Source: Candidatus Omnitrophota bacterium (GTDB lineage Bacteria; Omnitrophota; Gorgyraeia; Zapsychrales; Fredricksoniimonadaceae). From it: DNA of 64,000 nt. The stretch lies in contig CAJARJ010000014.1 in the NCBI GenBank assembly GCA_903944345.1, forward strand, positions 990-64,989, in the 5' to 3' direction. Position 1 is the first letter of the stretch. Each line of letters opens with the position of its first letter. Under the pieces are notes generated by a model that ran no database searches, was not told where the DNA came from, and saw nothing but the letters and a program-made list of their open reading frames with translations. Below are positions 36,578 to 45,790 of the stretch, in pieces. The position numbers were made by a program, and so were the translations under genes.

Positions 36578-38588
36578 TTTTTGTCATCTCCTCGAACTGT
36601 TGCTCGTTGACAATCCTGAGCCCAAGCCGGCGAGCTTTCTCCAGCTTTGCTCCGGCCTGATCCCCCGCCACCACATAAGTCACGGAAGCACTGACCGTAT
36701 CCGAAATGTCTGCTCCCAACGAACGAACCAATGCCTGGGCCTGTACGCGAGTCATCCCCAGCATTGTACCCGTAAAAACAAATACCTGACCGGAAAATTT
36801 TCCTGTTATATCCTGATCCGGTTCGGACAAGTTCAACTCCGCCAAAGCAAGCTGCCGCAAAAGCTCACAAGTTTCCTCCTGAAGAAAAAAACGCCTGAGA
36901 GCATCCGCACAAACCGGACCGATCTCCGGCAGTGCCGTCAATTCTTCCAGAGAAGCCCGGGAGAGTTCCGCCATGGTTCTGAAACGACGCGCCAGTGTCC
37001 AGGCCGCTTTAGCGCCAATATTCACAATACCCAGCGCAAACAGAAGCCTGGATAAGGGCCGGTCCTTGCTACGTTCAATGGCTCCCAGCAAATTATCTGC
37101 TTTCTTGTCAGAGAAAAGACGCAATGACAAAAGACCGCTCCTGGTCAAAGAATAAATCCCTGCCACAGAACGTACCAAACCCGCCTCGACCAGCTGGGAG
37201 GCCACCGACTCGCCAAGACCATCAATATCCATCCCCCCACGGGAGGAAAAATGCACCAGCCGCCTTTGCAACTGACGGGGACAGGAAGGATTCATGCAGC
37301 GATACGCCACTTCATCCTCGTCTCGACAGATAAAATCCGGACGGCAGTCCGGACAATCCGAGGGAACCGGAGAAATTACGGGACGCTCCAGAGCCGGACG
37401 CTCAAGCACCTTCACTACACGGGGAATAACATCTCCCGCCCGTTCTATCAGCACCAGATCACCAGGCGCAATATCCAGTCGTTTGACCTCATCAAAATTA
37501 TGCAAAGTGGAACGAGAAATGGTAACTCCGCCGCAAGCCACCGGTTCAAGCTCGGCCACAGGGGTCAGGACACCGCTGCGGCCAACCTGAACACTGAGGG
37601 CGCGCACCCGGGTTACGGCCTGACTCGCAGAAAACTTGAATGCTACCGCCCAGCGGGGACTCTTCATGGTCTCCCCCAGCTCCACCTGCAGGGCCATATC
37701 ATTGACCTTGATCACCACTCCATCAACATCATAAGGCAAAGATGAACGCAGTCCTTCCAGCCGTGTACATTCCTGTGGCAAATGCCGGGCATCTGGACAT
37801 AAAACGCTGTTGGGCTCAACGGGCAGTCCCCATTCCCGGGCCGCCTCAAGAAAATCGTGATGCGAACCGATCCGTCCCTGCCACCCCGTAACACGCCCGA
37901 AAGAATGAGCAAAGAAACGAAGTTTCCGACGGGAAGACTCTCGAGGATCCATCAACTTCAAAGACCCGCTGGCCGCATTACGCGGATTAACAAACGGTTC
38001 TTCTTTCAATCTTTCACGTTCCTGATTCAGGCATGAAAGATCCTCCCGATTCATATAAACCTCACCCCGAATCTCCAAAAATTCCGGAACAGGAATCCGG
38101 CGGGAAACAAGCTGCAGAGGCACCGACGCAATAGCCCTGATATTATGCGTTACATCTTCACCGACCTGGCCATCACCCCGCGTGGCCCCCATAACCAGAA
38201 TACCGCGCTCATAAATCAGGGACGCACTGACACCATCAATCTTGAACTCGACCGCCAGCGCAGGCTCCACCCCATCAAGCGACTTGACAACTCGCTCATG
38301 CCATCGCAAAACTTCTTCTATTGAATACGTGTTATCCAGAGACAACATCTTGAACTCATGCCGCACGGTTCTGGCGCCGGAAGGAACCTTGGCGCCAATG
38401 CGTTGTGAAGGAGAGTGTGCAACGCGATGCTCGGGAAAACGCTCCTCAAGACCAATCAGGACTCGCAACAAGCGATCATATTCCTCGTCAGAAACAACCG
38501 GCTTGTCGAGCACATAATAGCAATAATTGTGCTCCTGAATCTGCTCAACAAGACGAACAATCTCTTCCCGGGCCTGATCACTATCCAT
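36567..38588 (-). CDS. ligA: NAD-dependent DNA ligase
   Basis: Adenylation motif EFKIDGVSASL, zinc finger CPDCRPDFIC..., HhH domain and C-terminal BRCT. Confidence 0.9.
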   Translation of the reverse strand: MDSDQAREEIVRLVEQIQEHNYCYYVLDKPVVSDEEYDRLLRVLIGLEERFPEHRVAHSPSQRIGAKVPSGARTVRHEFKMLSLDNTYSIEEVLRWHERVVKSLDGVEPALAVEFKIDGVSASLIYERGILVMGATRGDGQVGEDVTHNIRAIASVPLQLVSRRIPVPEFLEIRGEVYMNREDLSCLNQERERLKEEPFVNPRNAASGSLKLMDPRESSRRKLRFFAHSFGRVTGWQGRIGSHHDFLEAAREWGLPVEPNSVLCPDARHLPQECTRLEGLRSSLPYDVDGVVIKVNDMALQVELGETMKSPRWAVAFKFSASQAVTRVRALSVQVGRSGVLTPVAELEPVACGGVTISRSTLHNFDEVKRLDIAPGDLVLIERAGDVIPRVVKVLERPALERPVISPVPSDCPDCRPDFICRDEDEVAYRCMNPSCPRQLQRRLVHFSSRGGMDIDGLGESVASQLVEAGLVRSVAGIYSLTRSGLLSLRLFSDKKADNLLGAIERSKDRPLSRLLFALGIVNIGAKAAWTLARRFRTMAELSRASLEELTALPEIGPVCADALRRFFLQEETCELLRQLALAELNLSEPDQDITGKFSGQVFVFTGTMLGMTRVQAQALVRSLGADISDTVSASVTYVVAGDQAGAKLEKARRLGLRIVNEQQFEEMTKNDT

Positions 38589-38594
38589 ATAAAA

Positions 38595-38864
38595 TCAATC
38601 CTTGATCGTGAAATCCTGAAAAGCGGCGGAAGCGGGCAGCGATTGCAGATGAATATCCCGAATAAAACCCTGGAAATGATGACTCACACGGCTGATCATC
38701 TGCTGAAGTACAGCCTCTTCGGCCTCAGCCTTCATTTCAACTGAACGATCCGGCAGGTTCCTCACCCATCCTGTAACCCCCAGATCCCGGGCAGCCAAAA
38801 GTACAAAAAACCGAAATCCCACCCCCTGGACTTTGCCCGAAAAAAGAACATGATAACAGATCAT
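38595..38864 (-). CDS. acyP: Acylphosphatase
   Basis: VLFSGKVQGVGFRFF... GWVRNLPDRSVE. Confidence 0.85.
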   Translation of the reverse strand: MICYHVLFSGKVQGVGFRFFVLLAARDLGVTGWVRNLPDRSVEMKAEAEEAVLQQMISRVSHHFQGFIRDIHLQSLPASAAFQDFTIKD

Positions 38865-39367
38865 GTCTGGCGGTCCCGACGAGAGAGATTATCAAACAGG
38901 CTCATAAAGGCACAAAGCACAATAAAAACACTGGCTCCGGCTTTAAGCACGCCGGGAAGCGGCACTTTTGAAGTTTCTATATAAACCTGGGCAGGATCAT
39001 TATCAGAATAGCGGACAGCCACCTGCTTATGGGCAGGATAACGATCCACCACCGCTTCAGCTTCAACCCTTAATGGATAGATTTTATCGATTAACGTCAG
39101 CGATTTGGAAACAAATCTATCCGGGCCCAACGCATAAGAAAACCAGACTCTGGGCACATATCCTTTTATATTGCCGGACCCAAAGCCACCATTTCTCTCC
39201 TCGATGTGAGAAGAAATCACCTGCCCCTCCACCGAAGGCCACTTCGGAGCCGAAATCAAAAGAAACATGACTCGAAACGGTTCGAATCCCAGATAAATTC
39301 CGGAGAACAATAGCAGAACGCTTATAAGGGGCGCGAAGAAAAAAAAGGGAGTGGAAGGTCGGGACAT
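38861..39367 (-). CDS. DUF3592-like membrane protein
   Basis: TM helix, then a beta-rich middle (VEGQVIS... YVPRVWFSYA... VAVRYSDNDPAQVYI), then a second TM helix. Confidence 0.45.
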   Translation of the reverse strand: MSRPSTPFFFFAPLISVLLLFSGIYLGFEPFRVMFLLISAPKWPSVEGQVISSHIEERNGGFGSGNIKGYVPRVWFSYALGPDRFVSKSLTLIDKIYPLRVEAEAVVDRYPAHKQVAVRYSDNDPAQVYIETSKVPLPGVLKAGASVFIVLCAFMSLFDNLSRRDRQT

Positions 39368-39416
39368 AGGTTCTATTCTGAAAAGATAAGCTCAGGCTCT
39401 GCCTGTTGAATCAAAA

Positions 39417-39493
39417 TGGTCGGGAGAGGGGGATTTGAACCCCCGACCTCAACGTCCCGAACGTTGCGCGCTAGCCACCTGCGCTATCTCCCG
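39417..39493 (-). tRNA. tRNA-Pro (anticodon CGG)
   Basis: Minus strand CGGGAGATAGCGCAGGTGGCTAGCGCGCAACGTTCGGGACGTTGAGGTCGGGGGTTCAAATCCCCCTCTCCCGACCA. The acceptor stem is 7 bp, the anticodon loop is UUCGGGA, and CCA is encoded. Confidence 0.85.
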
Positions 39494-39533
39494 AAAAAAA
39501 GATGCGATATAGTAACACCGAACTGCTGCTTAG

Positions 39534-39968
39534 TCAAACTCTCTTCACTCCAAACCCTATTTCGGCTGACACCGCCAGCTCGTCACCAACATAAGCCTTG
39601 CAATCCAGAAAGCCCGCCATAGCCAGTAATTTAACCGTTCTGACCTCGATACGCAGCTGATCTCCCGGCACAACCACACGATGGAACTTGGCCGAAGTTT
39701 TAGCCAGATAATAAATCAGCCGGGAGCCTTCCATATTCTTGGAATAATAGAAATAAATACAGCCTGCCTGGGCCATGGCCTCGATCATCAAGACTCCGGG
39801 CATCACTTTTTCATCGGGAAAATGTCCCTGAAACTGCGCTTCATTGACTGAAACATTCTTGATTGCCACCAGGCGCTCATTGGGGACACATTCAATAACC
39901 CGGTCAATCATCAAAAAAGGAAACCGATGCGGAATGATCTTCTGAATCTCCTGGATATTCAGCTCCAT
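39534..39968 (-). CDS. fabZ: 3-hydroxyacyl-ACP dehydratase
   Basis: IIPHRFPFLMIDRV... ...HFPDEKVMPGVLMIEAMAQ. Confidence 0.9.
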   Translation of the reverse strand: MELNIQEIQKIIPHRFPFLMIDRVIECVPNERLVAIKNVSVNEAQFQGHFPDEKVMPGVLMIEAMAQAGCIYFYYSKNMEGSRLIYYLAKTSAKFHRVVVPGDQLRIEVRTVKLLAMAGFLDCKAYVGDELAVSAEIGFGVKRV

Positions 39969-40039
39969 AAAACAACTCCTTTACATGTCATTGACTTGAA
40001 CAGATTCTAATACAACTTCGGCTGTCCGCATAAAACTTT

Positions 40040-40969
40040 TCAGAACTGCACACCCAGCCTGGCTCCTATCGCCAGAGAAGTATTTGCAGGCTCATACCCT
40101 TCTATCGTCCCGAACTGATTGGACGCTGTCTGAACTTTGGACTGACTGATGTTCCAGTAACGCACATAAGGAGAAACAAGATAATTGATTTTATCTCCTT
40201 TTTTAATTAAATCAACTGACCCGCGCAAACCATACCCGCGGGTCTGATCGTTATTCAGATCCGGGTAGATCTCGCCGGGCGTCCCTGTCGGCACCTGATG
40301 AAGGTAAGATGTCTGCCAGCCGTGAAGAAACAAATCATACTCACCATTCAGTTTCAGTTCCCAGCCGTATGCCGGAACCAAAGCCCACTCAATACCTACG
40401 GGGATATAAAGATACTGTGACCGTCGGTCATAACCATAATGACCTGTTGAGGTAATCTTCCCGCCAAAATTGTCCATCAAATAACGATAACCAAGCCCTA
40501 CATACGGCGTGAAGCGACTGTCCTGAGCCAGAATGAAATCTTTACCAACCCAAATACGCGGCTCAATGATGACATCAACGATATCATCAACTTGTCCCGA
40601 ACCGGTGTACTCCATCTGACCGAAATCAAAACTCAGATCAAAATGATAGACGTTCAAAATCCTGGCGGCAAAATACTCACCGGGCATCCGGTAATTATAA
40701 ACACCAAAAAGACCATACGCCATCCCCTTCGAGCTCATTCCCTCACCCGGCTCACGATAAGTGATCTGGGATATTTGTGTGCCGGCTTCAAGCTGATGTC
40801 CATTGTCATCAGCAGAGTCATTAATCCGGCTGCCTTTTTCCGTCATCAGACGCTCGAATGTTTCCTCATCTTCCTCGTTCAGATAAGAATTATCTGCCCT
40901 GGCCGCATCCGCCGCCAGTGCCGCGCAGGCCAGAAAGAAAGAAACAATCATCCATCTCAGGTACAACAT
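40040..40969 (-). CDS. Outer-membrane beta-barrel protein (MipA/OmpV-like?)
   Basis: Signal peptide, alternating aromatic and beta-strand pattern, and a C-terminal ...GARLGVQF ending in Phe. Confidence 0.55.
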   Translation of the reverse strand: MLYLRWMIVSFFLACAALAADAARADNSYLNEEDEETFERLMTEKGSRINDSADDNGHQLEAGTQISQITYREPGEGMSSKGMAYGLFGVYNYRMPGEYFAARILNVYHFDLSFDFGQMEYTGSGQVDDIVDVIIEPRIWVGKDFILAQDSRFTPYVGLGYRYLMDNFGGKITSTGHYGYDRRSQYLYIPVGIEWALVPAYGWELKLNGEYDLFLHGWQTSYLHQVPTGTPGEIYPDLNNDQTRGYGLRGSVDLIKKGDKINYLVSPYVRYWNISQSKVQTASNQFGTIEGYEPANTSLAIGARLGVQF

Positions 40970-41015
40970 AACTCCCGCCTTTCTCAAACTTCAGATATAA
41001 AGTACATCCTAACCG

Positions 41016-41606
41016 TCAATCGCCTTTTGATTTCTTAAGCAAATACTTGGCCAAAAGATCCGTCTCGATATTGACCAGGTCTCCGGCTTTCTTGCGGCCA
41101 ATGGTCGTGACCGCCAGAGTATGCGGAATAAAGTACACCGCAAACCATTGCGGAGCTACCTTTCCCACCGTAAGACTTATCCCGTCAATTGTTACCGATC
41201 CTTTGGGCACCACATAGCGCATCAGCGGTCTGGGAATGCTCAACCTGTATTCCACATAATTAGGCAGAACCCGGATCGCCTTGATTGTACCGGTCGCATC
41301 CACATGCCCGGTCACAAAGTGCCCGCCAATACGCGCCTGAGCCTGCATGGCTCTTTCCAGATTAACTTCACTGCCACACACCAGCCGACCCAAAGTCGTG
41401 GCTTCAAGCGTTTCTTTCATTAGATCGAAGTAAAGGCAGCCCTTTTTTATTGCCGTAACCGTCAGGCATACCCCGTCATTGGACACGCTGTCGCCGACAC
41501 GAACATCCGTAAAGATCCCGGGCTTTTTGAGCACCAACGTATAAAGATTTTCTTTCTTACTTAACTCAACCACCTTGCCGAGCGTTTCAACAATTCCGGT
41601 GAACAT
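41016..41606 (-). CDS. ribE: Riboflavin synthase alpha subunit
   Basis: MFTGIVETLGKV... ...GHVDATG and a duplicated lumazine-binding half. Confidence 0.9.
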   Translation of the reverse strand: MFTGIVETLGKVVELSKKENLYTLVLKKPGIFTDVRVGDSVSNDGVCLTVTAIKKGCLYFDLMKETLEATTLGRLVCGSEVNLERAMQAQARIGGHFVTGHVDATGTIKAIRVLPNYVEYRLSIPRPLMRYVVPKGSVTIDGISLTVGKVAPQWFAVYFIPHTLAVTTIGRKKAGDLVNIETDLLAKYLLKKSKGD

Positions 41607-42696
41607 GCAACACCTCCGCTTCAATAAAAAGATCCCCAAAACTTTGTTCGACCCCCAGAAATCTTAAAGGAAAGGCTCTGGAAATCTTTGCAGGCATCAA
41701 CCCGCTGACGCTCCCCCGGGCCTGGTCATCGCCCAGAAGCTTGGGCGCCACATAAAGATGCAGCCGGTCCACCAGCCCCTTTTTAAGAGCACTGCCTATG
41801 ACCTTGGGGCCGCCTTCAACAAGAATATTGATGAGTCCGCGCTTGCCCAACAGGCACAAAAGCCAACCAAGATCCACTCCCGAATCTGTCCGGGGACATA
41901 CAATCACATCCACCCGTCGCTGCCTAAAGCTGGTGATCAGAGCAGCCGGAGCCTTCCTGGTGGTTGCCAGAATAACCTGGCCGTCCGCTGTGGCGTCAAA
42001 CAGCCTGGCTTTAAGCGGAATTCTCAGGGAAGAATCCAGAACAACTTTGACCAAAGGCTTGCCGTTAACGTCAAGCCGGGGGTTATCCATCAGGACTGTA
42101 TTAACCCCTGTCACAATAGCGTCAAAGAGAAACCGCTTGCCCCGCGACTTTTCTCTTGTTTGATCTGAAGTGATCCATTTTGAATCCCCGCCCCGGCAGG
42201 CAACCCTGCCATCAAGCGTCTGGGCAATTTTTGCCGTAACAAAAGGCAATCCGGTTGTCATGTATTTGATAAAAGCCGCATTCAGCTGCAGGAGTTCGTC
42301 TTCACAAACGCCACAGCAGACCTCAACGCCTGCCCGGCGCAATTTACGCAAGGATTTTCCAGCCGTCAGCGGATTAGGATCAACCATGCCAATCACTACC
42401 CTGCGGACACCAGCCTTGATCACGGCATCCACACACGGCGGAGTACGTCCATAATGAAAACACGGCTCAAGAGTTACATACATCTCCGCGCCCCGGGAGG
42501 CTGTCCCGGCTTTTTTCAGCGCATCAATTTCGGCGTGATCCTGCCCGCAAGCCCGATGCCAACCCCGTGCAATAACCCGTCCAGCCTTGACCAGTACACA
42601 CCCGACCATCGGGTTGGGCGATGTCCTGCCCCGCCCCTTCTGTGCCAGGGCTATGGCCTGACGCATAAAAGCAATATCTTTATCAGTCTTCGACAT
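41587..42696 (-). CDS. ribD: Bifunctional diaminohydroxyphosphoribosylaminopyrimidine deaminase / 5-amino-6-(5-phosphoribosylamino)uracil reductase
   Basis: Deaminase HAEIDALKKAG...TLEPC and a C-terminal reductase domain. Confidence 0.9.
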   Translation of the reverse strand: MSKTDKDIAFMRQAIALAQKGRGRTSPNPMVGCVLVKAGRVIARGWHRACGQDHAEIDALKKAGTASRGAEMYVTLEPCFHYGRTPPCVDAVIKAGVRRVVIGMVDPNPLTAGKSLRKLRRAGVEVCCGVCEDELLQLNAAFIKYMTTGLPFVTAKIAQTLDGRVACRGGDSKWITSDQTREKSRGKRFLFDAIVTGVNTVLMDNPRLDVNGKPLVKVVLDSSLRIPLKARLFDATADGQVILATTRKAPAALITSFRQRRVDVIVCPRTDSGVDLGWLLCLLGKRGLINILVEGGPKVIGSALKKGLVDRLHLYVAPKLLGDDQARGSVSGLMPAKISRAFPLRFLGVEQSFGDLFIEAEVLHVHRNC

Positions 42697-42709
42697 ATCT
42701 ATGAATATT

Positions 42710-43540
42710 TCAGGACGCAGCAAGACGCTGTTTCATTCTTTCTACAACAGAAAAGTCCACGTAGGCCTTTGAAATCCAGGTACTGGTTTTACCCCGGCCA
42801 TGTGCATCTGACCCCCCGGTTGCCAACAAACCATACTTGGTAGTCAGGTTTAGATAAAAATCAGTCACCGCTGGCGAACAATTCGGATAATAGCACTCAA
42901 TACCATCAAGGCCTGCAGACACCATTCCGCGAATCAGCTCGTCTTTACGGGTCAACATAGGATGAGCAAGAACCGCAAGCCCACCGGAATCCTTGATCAA
43001 GCGTATTGCTTCATAAGGGGTTTGCTGATATTTAGGAAAATAAGCCTGCGCCCCCTCCCCAAGATAACGGGTAAAGGCCATGTCCAGCGATGCCACATGC
43101 CCCTTCTGCACCAGCAACTTGGCCAGATGCAGCCGGCCGACAGCATCCGAGCGCACCTGTCCGGACACTTCATCGAAGGCGATATCATTAATCCCGAGGC
43201 TGATTAATTTATCGATCATCTTTCTCATCCGCTCCACCCGTCCGGACTGAATCAGAGAAAGTTTCTCAAGCAGAGGATTGTCGGAAAGTCCGAATAAATA
43301 ACCCAGAATATGAATATCTTTTCCGGAAAAATCAGAAGAAAGCTCAACACCGGTAATAACCTCGACTCCCAAAGACTGCCCGACAGCAACAGCCTCGGAG
43401 ACACCGTCCAGCGTATCATGATCGGTTATAGCGATTGCCGCAAGACCGCAGGCTGCGGCCTCAGACACAACCTCGGCAGGAGACTGTGTGCCATCAGAAT
43501 AATAGGTATGAATATGAAGGTCGGCGCGCCGCTCGCTCAT
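42710..43540 (-). CDS. PHP-domain phosphoesterase (TrpH/YciV-like)
   Basis: [16 protein letters not shown]... ...[10 protein letters not shown]... ...GGSDAHG. Confidence 0.75.
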   Translation of the reverse strand: MSERRADLHIHTYYSDGTQSPAEVVSEAAACGLAAIAITDHDTLDGVSEAVAVGQSLGVEVITGVELSSDFSGKDIHILGYLFGLSDNPLLEKLSLIQSGRVERMRKMIDKLISLGINDIAFDEVSGQVRSDAVGRLHLAKLLVQKGHVASLDMAFTRYLGEGAQAYFPKYQQTPYEAIRLIKDSGGLAVLAHPMLTRKDELIRGMVSAGLDGIECYYPNCSPAVTDFYLNLTTKYGLLATGGSDAHGRGKTSTWISKAYVDFSVVERMKQRLAAS

Positions 43541-43956
43541 GCTCCGGAGACGACTTCCTGCTTGTGAATACGATCCAGAATACCGTTAACAAACTTTCCC
43601 GATTCCATGTCGCCATACTTCTTGGCCAGTTCGACCGCCTCGTTTATTGCCACCTTGGGAGGAATCCCCTGGGTGTATTTCAGCTCATACAATCCCATCC
43701 GTAAAACATTACGGTCAATAACAGCCATCCGGTTAAGCTGCCAATTGGTTGCATAACTTGAAACTTTTTCATCTATCGCTGAAAGGTTGGTCCAAATCCC
43801 CTTCACCATATCCGAGGCGAACTGCCGGACTTCCTGGTCATGCTCCGACTCCTGCTCCCAGAAAAGTTCCAGACTTTTGCCAACGTCCGTATGAGTCATC
43901 TCAAGCTGATAAAGGACTTTCAGCGCACATTCCCGCGCCTGACTGCGTTTTCGCAT
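43537..43956 (-). CDS. nusB: Transcription antitermination factor NusB
   Basis: [17 protein letters not shown]... ...[13 protein letters not shown]. Confidence 0.9.
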   Translation of the reverse strand: MRKRSQARECALKVLYQLEMTHTDVGKSLELFWEQESEHDQEVRQFASDMVKGIWTNLSAIDEKVSSYATNWQLNRMAVIDRNVLRMGLYELKYTQGIPPKVAINEAVELAKKYGDMESGKFVNGILDRIHKQEVVSGA

Positions 43957-43958
43957 GC

Positions 43959-44435
43959 CTACAAACCTTTCAAAAGCGGTCCCATTTCAAAAGCCGTGCG
44001 TGCCGCACAGGCTCCTTTGTTATCCCGATCCCCTTTTCTGGCTCTGGCCACACACAGCTCAATTGTGTCGGCCACCAGCACTTCGAAAACCACAGGCTTG
44101 CCGGTTGACAGGGCAACAGACTGCAATCCACGAGCGGTTTCCGCTGCCACCAGTTCATAATGGGCCGTTTGCCCTTTAATAATGGCACCAAGACAAATCA
44201 CCGCTTCAATATTCTTTTTTCTGGCCAAATAAAGAGCTGTTACCGGCAACTCGAAAGCCCCGGGGACATTGACCACCTCAAGAGCATCCCGACTTATACC
44301 AAGACGGGCAAACTCGCCAAGGCAAGCCTCAAGCAGATTGTTGGTAATAAAATCATTAAAACGGGAAACGACAACCGCAAAGCGAATCCTGGAAGGAGAA
44401 CGCCGGGAGGCGGATAAACGTCTAGCCATATCCAA
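43959..44435 (-). CDS. ribH: 6,7-dimethyl-8-ribityllumazine synthase
   Basis: [21 protein letters not shown]... ...VPGAFELP... ...[16 protein letters not shown]. Confidence 0.9.
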   Translation of the reverse strand: MDMARRLSASRRSPSRIRFAVVVSRFNDFITNNLLEACLGEFARLGISRDALEVVNVPGAFELPVTALYLARKKNIEAVICLGAIIKGQTAHYELVAAETARGLQSVALSTGKPVVFEVLVADTIELCVARARKGDRDNKGACAARTAFEMGPLLKGL

Positions 44436-44460
44436 ACCTTGTTAAAACACGCTAAGAAAA

Positions 44461-45663
44461 TTACGACAACAAATGCCCTAACTTGACTTTTTTGGTCTCG
44501 AGGTATTTCTTGTTCTTTTCCGTGTGAGCAATTTGCAACGGCACCCGCTCGATCACGGTCAGGCCATATCCTTCAAGTCCAACAATCTTGCGGGGATTAT
44601 TGGTTAGCAGCCGTATTTGTCTGACACCCAAATCAACCAGAATCTGGGCGCCTATGCCATAATCGCGCAAATCAGCGGCGAACCCCAAAGCCTCGTTGGC
44701 CTCGACAGTATCCATGCCCTTGTCCTGCAAGGCATACGCTTTTAATTTATTGACCAAGCCAATCCCCCGGCCCTCCTGGCGCATATACAAAAGAACCCCT
44801 GAACCATCTTTGCTGATTTGTTTCATGGCCTCTTCAAGCTGACCATTACAGTCGCAGCGCAAGGAACCAAAAACATCTCCTGTAAGACACTCGGATTGTA
44901 CTCTGACCAGAACAGGGGTATCCTTCTCAGGTTTTCCTTTAATCAAGGCCACATGCTGAAAATCATCAATTTTTGAAGAATACACCACCATATGAAAATT
45001 GCCATATTTAGTGGGAAGATCAACCTCCGCCTGACGGGTGATAAAACGTTCGTTCTTGCGACGATATTCAATAAGACTGTCAATGGTGCATATCTTGAGC
45101 CCATGCCGACGGGAAAATTCTTTAAGATCCTGTGTTCTGGCCATGGTACCATCTTCGTTCATGATCTCGCAAATGACACCTGCCGGATAAAGACCAGCCA
45201 TCTTGGTCAGATCAACCGAAGCCTCGGTATGCCCGGCGCGAACCAATACTCCGCCCTTCTTGGCACGAAGAGGAAACAAATGACCAGGAGTCACAAAATC
45301 TTTGGGACCTGATTTCTGGTCGATCAGAAGTTTTACAGTATACGCACGGTCTGCCGCGGAAATCCCGGTCGTAATGCCATGAGCCGCATCCACCGAAATC
45401 GCCCAGCCAGTATTACATGGCTGATGAATATCACTGGCAGCATCTTTCATGGGATGCAATCCGAGCGCGTCCAGCCTTTTAGCTTCCATCGGAACACATA
45501 CCAGCCCACGGGCATGGCGAGCCATAAAATTAATCGCATCAGGGGTAACAAACTCGGCAGCCATCAGAACATCACCTTCGTTCTCCCGCCCTTCATCGTC
45601 CATAACGATCACCATGCGTCCGGCTTTTAGCTCGGCTATGATCTCTGGAATAGAATGGAACAT
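44461..45663 (-). CDS. ribBA: Bifunctional 3,4-dihydroxy-2-butanone-4-phosphate synthase / GTP cyclohydrolase II
   Basis: [11 protein letters not shown]... (DHBP synthase) and a C-terminal cyclohydrolase II with CxxC...C plus ...LLTNNPRK. Confidence 0.9.
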   Translation of the reverse strand: MFHSIPEIIAELKAGRMVIVMDDEGRENEGDVLMAAEFVTPDAINFMARHARGLVCVPMEAKRLDALGLHPMKDAASDIHQPCNTGWAISVDAAHGITTGISAADRAYTVKLLIDQKSGPKDFVTPGHLFPLRAKKGGVLVRAGHTEASVDLTKMAGLYPAGVICEIMNEDGTMARTQDLKEFSRRHGLKICTIDSLIEYRRKNERFITRQAEVDLPTKYGNFHMVVYSSKIDDFQHVALIKGKPEKDTPVLVRVQSECLTGDVFGSLRCDCNGQLEEAMKQISKDGSGVLLYMRQEGRGIGLVNKLKAYALQDKGMDTVEANEALGFAADLRDYGIGAQILVDLGVRQIRLLTNNPRKIVGLEGYGLTVIERVPLQIAHTEKNKKYLETKKVKLGHLLS

Positions 45664-45716
45664 ATCAACCCCTTAGCAGTGCTGGTCCCCATTAATTTGA
45701 TTTAAACTATCTGGTC

Positions 45717-45745
45717 ATGATACGGGAGAGGCAAATGCTTGTCAA
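45717..45745 (-). promoter_or_regulatory. Sigma-70-type promoter for ribBA: -35 TTGACA (45740-45745), 17-nt spacer, -10 TATCAT (45717-45722)
   Basis: Minus strand reads cTTGACAagcatttgcctctcccgTATCATgacc. The AAGGGG ribosome-binding site and ribBA ATG lie about 50 nt downstream. The leader is too short for an FMN riboswitch. Confidence 0.5.
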
Positions 45746-45790
45746 GGTCTTTGTCCTCCCCCTGCAGAAACAAATTCTTTTTTCTTGTGA

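Noticed and set aside
45664-45790. Expected FMN riboswitch upstream of ribBA
   Set aside because: The intergenic region is only about 125 nt, most of it promoter and a 50-nt leader. No RFN-like conserved stems (GGATTC...GAAGCCGAC) were seen.
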